A stretch of DNA of 64,000 nucleotides from Geosiphon pyriformis uo1 (GCA_016748015.1 JAAOMT010000566.1:387115-451114), one strand, 5' to 3'; counted from the stretch's first letter, positions 1-14,096 are shown. Notes: generated by a model from the letters alone, not told the origin. Translations and numbers: made by a program.

Positions 1-1217
1 AGAGTGAGAAATCGGGTGGTTTATGCTTTTCTGCTCATCATTCTTTTAAATAGTGAATTTCGAATCGCGCAGTGATCAGCCCAAGAGTATTCTTGATTGG
101 ACTCAGATTTTTTGTTGTCAGCTATGATTCTGCGATAGGCAGTATTTATGAATTTAAAAAATTAATTAATGAGCCAAATGTGATTAAGAATTATCAATTC
201 ATTTGTCATATTCTTAAAGTTTTATACATATGATTATACTCATTATATTCTGTATATAAGTCAATATATATATTAATCCTATTGAAACAGATCATATCTC
301 TTAAAGCATAAACATACTACATTGTCACAAGTCTCCCTATCTTGACCCTTATTTACCTTCGCTAGAATACAATGGAATAGCATAGAACTTTAAAAAAATC
401 TCTTGGAAGATAAAAAGGATGACGTATTGCATCTACCAGTATTTTAACCCAGGTTTCTTTTGTTTAACAGTCTGCTATTAGGTTCTTGTAGCTAGTACCG
501 GGGAATAGTAACATAAAACTTCATATTGTTGTGGATGCTTTTTATCATTTTCGTGTGTTTATAGAAAAATTAAAATGCTAATAATGAATTAAGATATATT
601 AAAAAAAAATATAATCAAGTTAATTATTTATTAAAAAAATTTTTTTTTGTTACATAAAAACAAATTTATAACTATAAATAAATTCATCATCATAATCAAG
701 ATAATTGATTAATATATAGACAATATCAAAACTTTTGCTGTTGAAATTTTGGTTTAAAAACAGCTCTACTGTGATTGAAAAATAGCCAATTTCCATAACA
801 CATAAAAAATTCAAGTAATGAAATTAAAATTTTTCTAAAATAATAGAACTTATTGTTTGGATTTTTACAAATGCAAAAGTAAGTAAATAATTAATTAAGT
901 AAAATATAATACAGTTAATAGGTGAGCTTCAAGTCTGGAAGTCAACTTTTTGATTCAGATTCTTTACTGGGAGCACTTTAAGTTCATATTGCATGAAATA
1001 AGAAAGTTTGCCAGCTTCAGTATTAAAACCTGAGATAAAAAGCTTATTGTACTGTATTTATAAAAATTTCTAACATATTAAGAATAAATTCCTGAGTATC
1101 TTAGAGAGCAAATTTAATATCTGAGATCTTTTTTCTTTAAAAACAGTCACCCTTCTCGTTTTTGTGTGATTGATTGAAGCCTCTTGAAATCCAAAATAAA
1201 TTAAAATTTTCAAAAAG

Positions 1218-1885
1218 TTTCCCAGACGCCTGACGTTGCTGCTGAAGTATATCGACTGGAGAGGGCAAATCTTTATTAAACACTTTTTAAAAGTAAAGTT
1301 CGGCTCTTCAGTTGAGAAAAACTAAAAAAAAACTACCATAGATGTGTTAGATATTGGGTATGCATTTCTATCTTCGCTCTATGTAAATTTGATTCTAATA
1401 TTTAGTCAATCTCATTTTTTTGGAATACAAGATGTGGAACAGAACATTGGGTAATTGAGATGACAAAAATGTATCCAACTCGGATCTATATGTCACCGAT
1501 TTTTTCAGGAAAATAAAGTGATTGAGCGTCTATGATTAACAGAACCTGGTGGCTTGAACAAATCTTAAAAAGGTTTGAAGGATATGACAATATTGAGCAT
1601 TCTCAGCTCATTATTGTACTTGGAAAGCATGGTGACTTTTGGGAAAAGTGGTAAGAGGCAGACTGTTTTAGTTGCTATTCCCTAAATATAAAAAAAACCT
1701 TTTCTTATTATAGGCGTTAGAATTTCTAATGGAAGCATGGAAAGGAGAGCATTTGTTGTTCCAGTAATGAATATAAGCATTTAATATTATCATGGACTTA
1801 TAGAAGAGATGAAACGAGTGGCTGGCATTAGATCATGTATGGTTTTTAAGTATAAAAATTTCTTTTGGCAAGGCTCAATTATGGA
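1218..1885 (+). pseudogene. Decayed class I SAM-dependent methyltransferase (LaeA-like/Methyltransf_25-type)
   Basis: Hand translation gives EVYRLERAN..FIKHFLKVKFGSSVEK, then DVLDIG|GT intron|CGTEHWVIEMTKMYP..MSPIF (motif I VLDIGCG), then C-terminal fragments (LEFLMEAWKG, GLIEEMKR). Multiple stops, frameshifts and an internal deletion. Confidence 0.7.
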
Positions 1886-2334
1886 AAGGGGTCAGAACAA
1901 AATATTATAACCAGTATTTAACTCGTGGTCCCAATTCTTTTCGTTCAACCCAAGGCTATTTTTATGATCAGCATGACCATAGTAAAATTGGGATTTGTCA
2001 GTGAGGGATCAAAATAGGTCTAAATTCGTTTTGTTAGCGGTCGATCGTTATTCACTTGTTTGAAGTATAATTAAACGTAAAGCCAATATCCAAAATTTTT
2101 GGCCGTCATTTCTATTTTAAATTTTATTCTAGTTTACCATTTTAAGATATAGAGGATCACTCCTGAATAATTAAGTGCTAAAAATTTAATTAGCCGCTTG
2201 CGGTAGGAAGCTAATATTACGTGCCAATCAGATGTTAAGCAAAAGGCCGAGCACTTTATCTTCTTTTCAACCGAATAGATTTCTAAAATTGATCAGTTCG
2301 AAAAAATTATTAAATGAGAATATCATGAATACTC

Positions 2335-2342
2335 TATAAAAA
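2335..2342 (+). promoter_or_regulatory. TATA box of Cys-rich gene
   Basis: TATAAAAA ~105 bp upstream of ATG 2443. Confidence 0.45.
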
Positions 2343-2442
2343 GACTCATTTTTCTCCAGCTTTTTATCCTTATTCAAAAGTTCACTTTATCAAGAACCTT
2401 TTATTCCATCACACAGCTGAAAAACGCGTAAAAAATCACGAG

Positions 2443-3270
2443 ATGGCCAAAGGAAAATTAGTTTTCAAAATTCTTCTCATATCCACTTTTCTTGCTTATG
2501 CTTTTCTATTCACTTGCGTAGATGCGTTCCCAAAGGAAAAAAGTATGAGTTGATGTATTACTATTTTTGACAAATTTAAAAAGTTTCGAAATTTTTACTT
2601 TTCTGATTATGTGTAAGAAAATATGCTAATTATATTTGGCATATTGTAAACATCACTATTAGGGTGCGTGAGCTGTTCTCAAACCGTTCGAGAATGCCCA
2701 GAGTGTGGTCCAGGACAGTATTGTAAGGTTATTAAAGGGGATTGTAACCATTGTTCATCGGCAACTTGTGAACGTCTAGCTGGAGATCACCCGACGAACG
2801 ATTCAGACGGTTTAATTTGTATACAACAAATTCCTCAATGTCCTACCTGTTTCCATGGTGAAGAATGTGTCAAGTCCCCGAAAACCGCTAATACCTGTCC
2901 TACTGCCACATGTCAAAAAATAAGGGGGAAACCAGGATACGATAGACCAGTTAGATATAACCAGAAAAATGAGCTTGATACTCCTACACTTGAGAAACGT
3001 TTGATTTGTCCAGCCGTTGTACCAAAGTGTCCACCATGTGATGAAGACCAAGAGTGCGTAATTTTAAGAAAACCAGATGCTTGTCCCAAAGGAATCTGTC
3101 AGAAAAAAAACATCAAACCACCACCAGAAACTGGACCTTGCAAAATTCCTTTGAACTGCTTCTGGGCACCTAAATGTCAAAAAAATACTTGCCCGGAAGG
3201 ACAGATATGCCAAGAGTTGCCACAAACATGCAAACAATGTGCTTCTACTTATTGCTCAACTCTTGCTTAA
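2443..3270 (+). CDS. Secreted Cys-rich protein with 4 tandem Opy2-like modules and two Kex2 (KR) sites, ~235 aa; exons 2443-2542, 2663-3270
   Basis: Exon 1 encodes signal peptide MAKGKLVFKILLISTFLAYAFLFTCVDA-FPKEK. The GTATGA..GCTAAT..TAG phase-1 intron joins in frame to give EKR|CVSC. Modules follow Cx2Cx6Cx2Cx5Cx6Cx2Cx4C; second KR at TLEKR. Confidence 0.85.
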
Positions 3271-6200
3271 TCTGTATTTGTGTATTGGATACCAATTATC
3301 TTCTTAAATATATCAACGATAGCATGTTCCGTTTTCAAGATATTACAATTTAGACTTAACGGACTTTTATCTATTAACGTTTTATGAGCATCTTTATCTT
3401 AGACTACAAGGAACTTTGTATTTTCTTAGAGATTATCTGCCGGAGCTTTCAATTTAGCGTTATTAAACAAAAAATCAAGGACTTTAACATATCAATGAAA
3501 AATCTGAATTTTATAATTGATTCAATTAGATCCAATGAGTTTCTAGAAATAAATAATTTTTCAGTGATCATTTTACTAATTGCCGATGAAAAGATTTTCC
3601 TGAGGTAACTTCTGAAAATGCTGCTACCAATACCGCCAATAAAGGGTCACCTCTACACCCGTGTCTCTAGTACGAAGCAAAAAAAGCTTTTCCTATGGAG
3701 CCTTAGTCCTACAGTGACCATGCAGGGGTTAATAACAAAGAGCACGTGTCTCAATATGCTTCTTTCAGATAATTGCATCGGGTATATTGAAAACCATTAA
3801 TGGATCTGCCTCTCATATTGATCACATGCTTTCCCAACCTAGTTTTTAACAAATATTTTTCAAGATTACAAGGCCTTAATACTAACCAAATAAGTATTTA
3901 AAACTTTCCCGATTTCTCAAAAATAGGTTTTTCTACTATTATTATTAATTTTTTTATAGTTAGAAAGGTTAGCTCTCAAATTTCAGTCAGAATGGAAGCT
4001 TTTTTCCCTTATTATTGTTCCCAAAAATAAAAGCAAGTTTTAGGCCAGGAAAATTCAACAATTTTGAACTTACTCCAAACCGTTTAATTCTCTTTTAATC
4101 CTCGTGAGAGCATAGATATTGAAGGAGTAAAACGTAAAAAATTTGTGCTATCTATTTTTCAATTATTAATTCACAAGTTTATAAATAATTTTGCTAGTAT
4201 TAGATGATTCTTGATGAGAAGCACTAAATATGTATATACAGCGCTAGCAAAATAGCTCCCGGCAAATAAAAAAATGACTAGTTTAATGTTTGAGCGAAAA
4301 GCATCAATTTTTACTGAATTGAAGAGTTTCAGCAATTTTGCAAATTTACCAAGATTTCCAAAAAAAATTTCAATATTTAATTGGGGATATTCTGTGCGTA
4401 TAGCAGGAAGAATTTTCTTGTCTTTCTTACCAAATTGGTGGGAATATATTTTCTCTATAAAATTATTGAAACAGAAAACGGTTGCCATGCAACTTCAGTT
4501 TATCGTTCAGGAGCTGGTTCTTTGCGTATTAAAAGATAGGTCAAGAAATCTTCATAACCATTTATGGCATAAATGCACACATAATATTTATCAATCTTAC
4601 TTTAGAGCTAAGTTTTGCAATGAATTCAGAAATGGCTTATAAAGAGTGCGCGATTAGATATTTACCAGCTCAAAAAGTATTTTAAGGTTTGGGAAATTTT
4701 ACTGCATAATATATAAAAGTTCTTTGAAAGTATTTGACAATAATTTTTTAGTTTAGAGATCAAAACAAGGAAGGTGAAAGGAGTATGCTCAATTAGATTT
4801 TGTAAAAATAATTTACATGTATATGGAGCTTAGAAAGATTTGAGAGCTTTCGATAAGATAATTAAAATTAAGGTTGAGAAATATTCACGTACTAGAAATG
4901 CCAAAGGATAGAGCCAACTTTATTCTGTTTACAAGGTGTGTCACCTGCCTAACAAGACATAAGTTGAATCCAGATATTTTTCCAATATGATGTAAAGCAC
5001 ATAAAGAGATTCTGAATTAATAAAGAGATACAGTGTGACAAAAAAAAACTAAAAAGTCTGTGATAGACATTATTCAAAGCAATTCTACTTCTGGAGTGAA
5101 AGATATCAAAAGTTAGAAAAAAAGAAAATTACAGACATATATCAAAATATAGCTCTATAAGTTTTCAGAAATTGTTTGTCTTTTGTAAATAATTGCTTCT
5201 AAGCTAGATACAAAAGAAAAAGACGTTTAAAATTATTTAAGTATATGAAAATTAGACATTTCCATAAACAATTCATTTTAATGTTATTAACTGCAATAAT
5301 ATATTAAAAAATTTGAACTTATTTAATTAAATTCACATTTTCTATTTTGTATAGTGTATTTGGTATTAATATTCTGATTTCTGTTGCTAAATATCAAACT
5401 CATTGTGTTTTATAAGTAAAAAGCAAAAATAGCAAAGTAGCATTAATTCTGGGTTTGCTAATGCTAAAGGCTTAATAAAGTTATTGTTTGTACACAAAAC
5501 ATTAAACTTGCAAATAATAAAATAATTTTTAATCAAATTTTTAATAAAACCTATCAGATTGAAAACAAATTCCATAAACAATTTTCTTGCAAGTGTAATA
5601 ACTTTTTTTTGTTAAATGAGCATGTTAATAACAATACAGAAACACTATTTTTTAAATAAAACAGTTAATACATTATATTAAAAATACTAGAAAATGCCAA
5701 TCTACCAAAAACATTAATATGTATAAATAACTAAAAATTTATCTAAATTTCTGAATATTAAACAAAAATTGGTGAAATGTAAAATATGCAAAATATTGAC
5801 ATACACTAATAAGTTTGTAAAAATTTAAATTGGATTAAATAACTAGAAAATTTTAATGTTATATGTTTTAAATAAAAAAGTTATAATTTAAAACTACACA
5901 TTTATACCTACAGCCAATACAAAGTTAAAAATTAATATAACAAGTGAATGATAATAATTCCATAATTTTGTAATACTTAAAAATTTTGATATTTAAATAT
6001 GCTAATTTCTATATTAATAATAATAAATTTATGTATTTTTCTAAAAAAAATAGTATGTTAAATTTTAAAAAATTGCAAATTAACTAAATCAAAAAAAATA
6101 AATTTGGTTTGAACGTTTTTGGTATATACTATAAAAAATTGATTATTAATAATTAAGTTAAAAGCAAAACATAAAAAAATTGGTTTGTGTAAAAACTAAA

Positions 6201-8275
6201 ATAATTAAAAAATACAATATTTTGTTAAACCACTCAAAATTTATGAATTAAAAAACTAGTATTTATAATGTTAAATATTTAAATAAAATTAAATAAGATT
6301 CTTAAACATGTTTTATAATATGTAATTTAGTTTTGTTGAATAAATGTAGTTTTAATTGGTTTTAATAGTTAGTTACATATAAAATCCTTTATTTTAAAAT
6401 ATGTATATGTTTTATGTATATAAATAATAATTAAACTAAGTTCAATAAAGCATAAAATATCAAAATGTTATAAATTAAGATAACATACTAAGATGTAGTA
6501 AAAAATAGATATTATATAATGCTAAATTCAATATGTAAAATCAGTTACATAAAAATCTCATTTGTTAATTTTTCAAAAATAAAGAAATATTTTATATTAT
6601 TGACAAAAGATAACACAACTAATATAATTATTGTTAATATTGTAAAAATAATATTTTTTATAGCTTTGAGAAATCTTGTTTATATATTTTTTAAAAGGAA
6701 TAATTAATCAATTCAATAATCAAATTAATAATTCAGTCGATAATTAAGTTAATAATTAGATCAATAATTAATTTTAAAAATAGGGTTGATAATCTGTATA
6801 ATTAAATATAAATAAATAGTTACTAAAAATGAAAAGATTAAACTATAACAATATTTTCTTTTTATTAATGCTAATTTTTACATAGTTAAAGCCCAAAAGA
6901 TTAAGGCTAAATTGAAAGTTTCTAAAATTATAAAAAAATTAAGACTTTGCTATTTTAATATTAGTGTGTTTTTATAGAATTAAAATTCCTAGAATACGTT
7001 TATTATGATATTGACATATTTGTTAAAGGCATATTTAAAGATATTATTTATATAAGACCAATTCATATTGTTAATAAATAAAATATATTTATATTCTTTA
7101 AAAGTTTTAAAGACATAAATTTTCAAAGCAAAACCAATTTTTTTTACTGCTTTATTAAAAAGCAAGTTGAAATTGAAAATTGTAAAATAAAAATAAAATT
7201 AGTATTTGCAAAATTTTCAAAACTTATAAATATAAATTATTAAACTTGCAACTAAGAATTTGTTTATATAGAAACTTTTTTTAGTAAAAATATCAAAACA
7301 ATTAAGATAAATTTAACAATAAAAATTAAAGATTTTTATGTAGAAGTTTTCTATTAAGTATTGTTTTGGCTTCTAAAAAAGACTTAAGTAACAAGTTACT
7401 ATTTGTTACTTATTATAAAAAACAGAATATTAAATTAATTTGAAAAACTTTAAAAAACTTTTGCTAAGTTTTTTTAATATAGTTTTTAACTAATTAATAA
7501 AAGAAAAAAAGATCTTAAATATTATACTTATGTTAAAGATTTAATGGCTTGAAAATTTCAATATCAACTGATAGGCTTGATTACAGGCCTAATTATGATA
7601 CTACTGGATTTAATTAGTAATTTCAAAAATGACGACTTTGTTAAGACTGCTTAGAAACATAAGAAAGTACTTCAGTTTGCTTACTCAAATTAATTTACAT
7701 AGTAAATATTGAATCATTAAAAAGTTGTAAGCAAAAGAATAACAAAAATAAAATCTTTGAGCTAATGCGTTAAGTAATATCAAATGTTTAATTTGTTTGG
7801 TTTTGTTGCAGCAAATCTCATATGACATTTTTAAATTAAATTAATTAAAAATGCTATTTTTTAATAATAAAGTATATTCTATCTGAGCCAATTATTCTAC
7901 AATAATGCCCTAATTCAGCATACATATCTGCTTTGTGGTTTCTAAGAGCTTTTTTCTTTTCAAATAATCTGTTGTTACGTCAAAATCAAAATTTTTGTTT
8001 TCTAAAAAACTATTAATCATTGTCGTTAAAACACCCACACCACTACCAAATTTTGCTATCATTGTTGAAATTTGGGCTATCGCATTTTCAAGAGCTTTGA
8101 TGCAGTCAACAGGTAACTTACTCTTTGAATTTTCTGATAGGATTTCAATTATTTTTTTCAAATAAAATTTTTCATTTATTTATATTTGACTTATTATTTT
8201 TGGCAAATTATTTTTATGTTTAATTTTTACAAAAACTTGACAAACTCTTAATATTTTGTAAAATTAACTAATTCA

Positions 8276-11097
8276 TATTTAGAATAAATTAAACTAAACG
8301 GTTGTAAATCAAAGGTTCGTGTGAATTAATTTTCAATTTCAGATTAATACAGATCTATTTAGAAATAAAAATGACATTGATCGAGGAAGATATCTTTGTC
8401 AAATGCTATCAAGGTATGGCTAGGATGCCACCTAAATGATTAAGAGATATTTCCACTCTGTTAACAGTTTCCGCTTTGTATAATCAGATTCAATTTTTTG
8501 GCTTATACCTCCCAGATTTTCTGTGTAAACACGCTGACTTTGAAATTCGGATGAAAAGACACAACTGAATCGACTTAACAACTCACCATTATTAAAGTTG
8601 ATCTTTTGTTTGTTTGAATAGAAGCAATATTAACAATCGACTATTCTGGCCTTTTGATTTCACAGCAAGATAATTGCGAAAAGTTAAAACAAAGCTTAGT
8701 TTTAACGAATTGCTTTTACAAAAGATCTAATGCGGTTTATCTTCTCTTTATTGCGATTCAACTTAATTGATTTTGATAACTGATTTAAAACATTTTATTA
8801 TGAATTGATTGTAGGTTTCAACATGAACGTGAATTCGTATAATAATAAAATAGATGTTCTAATGCTAAGATTGATAATTCAAATTATTTACATTAATATG
8901 GGGAAATTCTAATATAGTGGCTTTTTAAGAGGGATTGAAAGACTAGTATATTTATCTCTGTAATTTTAATGACTCTTTAAAGTTAAATTTTCGGAAATCA
9001 GACATTTTGTTGTTGACAACGAGATAAGTAAATGGATGCCTTGGAATATTACTCTTACTTAAGCATTGAAACCTCCATTAATTGTACCAGCGGAGTTTTG
9101 ACCATTTTGTTGGTTACCAATTGCATTGGAATTATATCCATTTCTACCACTATTGTCGTTGAACCCTCCGTTAATAGTACCCAGGGACCACTGGCCATTT
9201 TGTTGATTACCAATAGCTCTCTTTACATTGAAACCACCATTAATAGTACCAGCGGAGTTTTGACCATTTTGTTGGTTACCAATTGAATTGGAATTATATC
9301 CATATCTACCACTATTGTCGTTGAACCCTCCGTTAATAGACCATTGGACCACTGGCCATTTTGTTGATTACCAATAGCTCTCTTTGCATTGAAACCTCCA
9401 TTAATAGTACCAGCGGAGTTTTGACCATTTTGTTGGTTACCAATTGAATTGGAATTATATCCATATCTACCACTATTGTCGTTGAACCCTCCGTTAATAA
9501 GACCATTGGACCACTGGCCATTTTGTTGATTACCAATAGCTCTCTTTACATTGAAACCTCCATTAATAGTACCCTGGGACCACTGACCATTTTGTTGGTT
9601 ACCAATTGAATTGGAATTATATCCATATCTACCACTATTGTCGTTGAACCCTCCGTTAATAAAACCATTGGACCACTGGCCATTTTGTTGATTACCAATA
9701 GCTCTCTTTACATTGAAACCTCCATTAATAGTACCCTGGGACCACTGACCATTTTGTTGGTTACCAATTGCATTGGAATTATATCCATATCTACCACTAT
9801 TGTCGTTGAACCCTCCGTTAATAAAACCATTGGACCACTGGNNNNNNNNNNNNNNNNNNNNNNNNNNNNNNNNNNNNNNNNNNNNNNNNNNNNNNNNNNN
9901 NNNNNNNNNNNNNNNNNNNNNNNNNNNNNNNNNNNNNNNNNNNNNNNNNNNNNNNNNNNNNNNNNNNNNNNNNNNNNNNNNNNNNNNNNNNNNNNNNNNN
10001 NNNNNNNNNNNNNNNNNNNNNNNNNNNNNNNNNNNNNNNNNNNNNNNNNNNNNNNNNNNNNNNNNNNNNNNNNNNNNNNNNNNNNNNNNNNNNNNNNNNN
10101 NNNNNNNNNNNNNNNNNNNNNNNNNNNNNNNNNNNNNNNNNNNNNNNNNNNNNNNNNNNNNNNNNNNNNNNNNNNNNNNNNNNNNNNNNNNNNNNNNNNN
10201 NNNNNNNNNNNNNNNNNNNNNNNNNNNNNNNNNNNNNNNNNNNNNNNNNNNNNNNNNNNNNNNNNNNNNNNNNNNNNNNNNNNNNNNNNNNNNNNNNNNN
10301 NNNNNNNNNNNNNNNNNNNNNNNNNNNNNNNNNNNNNNNNNNNNNNNNNNNNNNNNNNNNNNNNNNNNNNNNNNNNNNNNNNNNNNNNNNNNNNNNNNNN
10401 NNNNNNNNNNNNNNNNNNNNNNNNNNNNNNNNNNNNNNNNNNNNNNNNNNNNNNNNNNNNNNNNNNNNNNNNNNNNNNNNNNNNNNNNNNNNNNNNNNNN
10501 NNNNNNNNNNNNNNNNNNNNNNNNNNNNNNNNNNNNNNNNNNNNNNNNNNNNNNNNNNNNNNNNNNNNNNNNNNNNNNNNNNNNNNNNNNNNNNNNNNNN
10601 NNNNNNNNNNNNNNNNNNNNNNNNNNNNNNNNNNNNNNNNNNNNNNNNNNNNNNNNNNNNNNNNNNNNNNNNNNNNNNNNNNNNNNNNNNNNNNNNNNNN
10701 NNNNNNNNNNNNNNNNNNNNNNNNNNNNNNNNNNNNNNNNNNNNNNNNNNNNNNNNNNNNNNNNNNNNNNNNNNNNNNNNNNNNNNNNNNNCCGATAAAT
10801 TCTGGTAAAATATGCATTTTAATTATATTTCTGCCTAATTTAACAACATGGCCTATTTAGTTAAAAAATCATACATAAGATAAGGTATAGCTATGAATTC
10901 TTATAATTTTCTTTATGCTAGTTTCTCTTCGCTAATAAGCTTAAAATGGATTTAGCTTCTCATGTTACATTAATTGGGGAAAAAATGTCTTTGTTTTTTT
11001 TTCAAAATCGTTCACAAAGTTAAATAAACCATATATTATAAATAAAAGTATTCTAATTTCATTTATACTGTTATATTTCATATTAAATTTGCATACA
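8276..11097 (-). repeat. Left arm of inverted duplication (contains KR-repeat gene copy 1 and an N gap)
   Basis: 8276-9058 is the near-identical reverse complement of 17226-17984; 10970-11097 is the reverse complement of 15238-15366. Confidence 0.9.
9059..9841 (-). CDS. Kex2-processed repeat precursor copy 1 (5' part lost in gap; 1-bp frameshift near 9338)
   Basis: About 4.8 visible 162-bp units encoding AIGNQQNG..INGGFN..(A/V)KR. Same stop and 3' flank as 16155-17225. One unit reads GGTCT-ATTAAC instead of GGTCTTATTAAC. Confidence 0.85.
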
Positions 11098-13016
11098 AAG
11101 AATTCTTGCCTACTTAAGCACTAATTTGTTCGTAGAAAGAGATTAAACACAGCCTCTTGTGAATTGTAAATTTTTCTCATGCTATCAGATCTAATTTGAA
11201 GACTAATTTTTAAAAAAATATATTCAAGGCAATTCATTAACAGATATTAGAAAAGGGAAGTATAGAGTTTATTTTAATTAAAGAAAGATAATGGAAGGTT
11301 AAAAGATAAATCCCGCTTCTTAGGTTCGCCACAGAAGAATATTGTCATTAAATCGTCATTTGGGTTTTAAAAAAAGCAATGGCGCAATCATTCGAGTTGC
11401 AAAAAAGTTTAGGTTTCAATAAAATATTACGTTGTTCTTTTACGTGATGGTTTAAGCCGCACATTATTATTCCGATACTTTTGTTTTTTTCCAAAAGAAA
11501 TATGACCTATTTAAATTTTGAAGAAGTAAATACATTAATGTTAATTTGAAGAAATCTCTATTATAGAGTATCAGAAATTAATGATTTATTCAAAGACGAA
11601 TTATTGATGTAAAGCTTTATGATCGGAAGACTGGGTCCCAATTTCAAATATAAGCCCATTCATTTTTTGGAAAAATTCAGTCGGCTGAAAAATTTTTAGA
11701 TGTCAAAAACAGCTACTTACAAAAATTATTTACGTTTTAGAAACCCCTTGAATTGTTGTTTCTTTTATAACATAATTTGGATAAGCCATATTTTTTTTTC
11801 ATTTCTCTATGATGGCATCATGAAAGTACATATCTCAAAGCGTTTCAATGTTTCTCAATCTATCATTTGGATAAGCCATATTTTCTTTCATTCTTCTATG
11901 ATGACAGCATGAAAACCGCATTAAAGTTTACAGCTTTTTGAAGCAAAAGTACATGTGAATATTTTTCAATCAATCATTCTATCAAGCATTAATTTGATGG
12001 CTTAAAAGAAATCAAATAATTCCCTAATCTAAATTTAGTATTTCTTCATCGACAACCGAAAAGTCGTGGCTGGGATAATCAAAAATATCATCATAGGTGA
12101 AAAATCATTCGTGGCTAATCTGAATCAATTTCTATATTAATAATTTTGAATGATGTGATTTTACTAAATATAGTATATAGATTGTTTGAGGCATTTTAGT
12201 TCTAAATATAAATTGATTGTCCAATATTCTCGATCGCCTTATGATCCCACATAAACGCCACTGGCTAAAACATAATAGGAAACTGAAGAACTGTTTTACT
12301 TGCAAAACAAAGATAGATATAATTAGTCTAATTTTTACCACAAAAGAAAGTCTCAATAGAGTTTTATTTTCTTTAAGCTTTTCATAGGAAATTATTGTAA
12401 GTAAGATTTCATGTAGGAGCATTATCAAATGCAATATGTTTTAGAAATATTTAAAATATCTATCCATAGATAAAAATATTATTCTATATAACCCTTCGAA
12501 TATTTTTTAGTTTAATCTAATAATTGTTTCGCCAAGAAAGAATCAAATAGGCTCAAATCGATCACAGATTATTATCTATGATTTGATCATGTTTAAATAT
12601 ATTGATAATTATTAAAAGTGATAGAATAACTCAGTGTTTAATGTTTCACTATCAAAATTTTGAATTAAAGATTCTCAAGTTATTAGTTTAAACAAGTTAG
12701 CTGGCTTATTAACCATCTTTTAAGGGTTCTGTCTATTGTGATGAGTAAAAACGAGCGCAACTTAAAAAAAAATCAATTTTTCAGCTCAAAGTAATTTCTA
12801 AATCATTATAAAGAGTAATAAAAACAGAAATTAATAATTTATTCTCCTTAAATCAAATTATACTCTATGTTCAAAAACTCGGAGGGTTAGAAGATGAGTG
12901 AAATAGCCACGTGATTTAAATTTTTTAGCAAAAATATGATAAATATTTTATTATTTAAAAATCGAGATAATCTGTAAAAATAGATTTCATCAAAAAATTA
13001 TCACATAATTAAAAAT

Positions 13017-14096
13017 CTAAAACGCTAACCACAAAACAACCGAAGCAAATAAAATCCCAGCTAACTTCAAACTTTCATAGATTTTTGAAATCTCAGCAAC
13101 AGCAATGGAACTAAAATCGTTACTAGTATTATTGAACAAGGGATTAAATTTTACACCACATTGAGAGGTCAAATTTCCTTCAACTGGAGCCAAAGATTGG
13201 GAGAATTCATGTCTCAAATTAGGGATGGTAAGAGGAGTCTGGGTATCCCAATCAACCCATATTTGAGTAATATCTTTGTAGTCTTCCCCGCAGAGAATAT
13301 CCTTTGGCACATTAACGACATGTTGAGTTTCATTATTTAATGATTGATAAGTTAGTTGGGCAGTTGGGGGATTGAAATCTTTTTTAAAGTCAGTCAGAAA
13401 ACCGTCATGATCCTTGGGGAGATTTGATACGTAAACATTCGCTTGATTTAGTAGCTGGAGAAAGACATACTCTACAAAAAAAAAATAGTTTTGTGAGGCA
13501 AGATAGTCTAGATAGGTAAGTATAAGTAAAAAAAAATTTTATGAAAAAATGAAATAATTATTCTAACAAGTTTTTCTGTTCTTACCGTTATTATCATTTT
13601 TGAGACAATATGCATTTCTTGTGGGGATTGAAGTATAAAATTCCAATAATATTCCTTTGAGAATTGAGCCAAAATTCTTATCCTTCGCTGACATAATATC
13701 TGATTTACAACCATCTTCAAGTTTTTGGACAGAAGTCGCTACGGCGTTCGAATCACAATTCTCTCCACAAAAACTATCAAATTGAGCCTGATAACTTGGA
13801 TTAGCATTTGGATTAGGGTTATTTCTGATTCTATTCCTTGATAAGCATTTATTTATAGGATTAGGTGAAACTGAATAAATCGCTTTCTGACAATTGCTAC
13901 AACTAGATACACCAAATTGTTTTTCGCATGACTTTGGTTTGTTGGAACCAGAAGTAAAACAAATCTTAAAATTGTCATTATAACAAAGCTCATTACTTTC
14001 GTTGAAATCTGGAGTGGCATCATTTCTTTGAATGAAAGTTGAAAGGGTTAAAAAAAAAAGTGGGATGAATATTTCCGTAATTTTAGTGATTTTCAT
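13017..14096 (-). CDS. Secreted Cys-rich protein with C-terminal hydrophobic (GPI-anchor-like) tail, ~321 aa; exons 14096-13586, 13471-13017
   Basis: N-terminal signal peptide. GTAAGA..TTTGTAG intron links the two track ORFs in frame (NNE-YVFLQ..VPKDILC). Ends with Ser-rich segment then LAGILFASVVLWLAF-stop. Confidence 0.8.

Noticed and set aside
3384-5230. Several short ORFs and coding-like decayed sequence
   Set aside because: No recognisable motif in any frame I translated; possibly gene or TE relics but not assignable.
9685-10860. Long X-filled ORFs (also 15144-16043)
   Set aside because: Artefacts of N gaps.
11773-11915. Imperfect ~50-bp direct duplication in the spacer (similar case at 36069-36195)
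   Set aside because: Two degenerate copies only, with no evidence of function.
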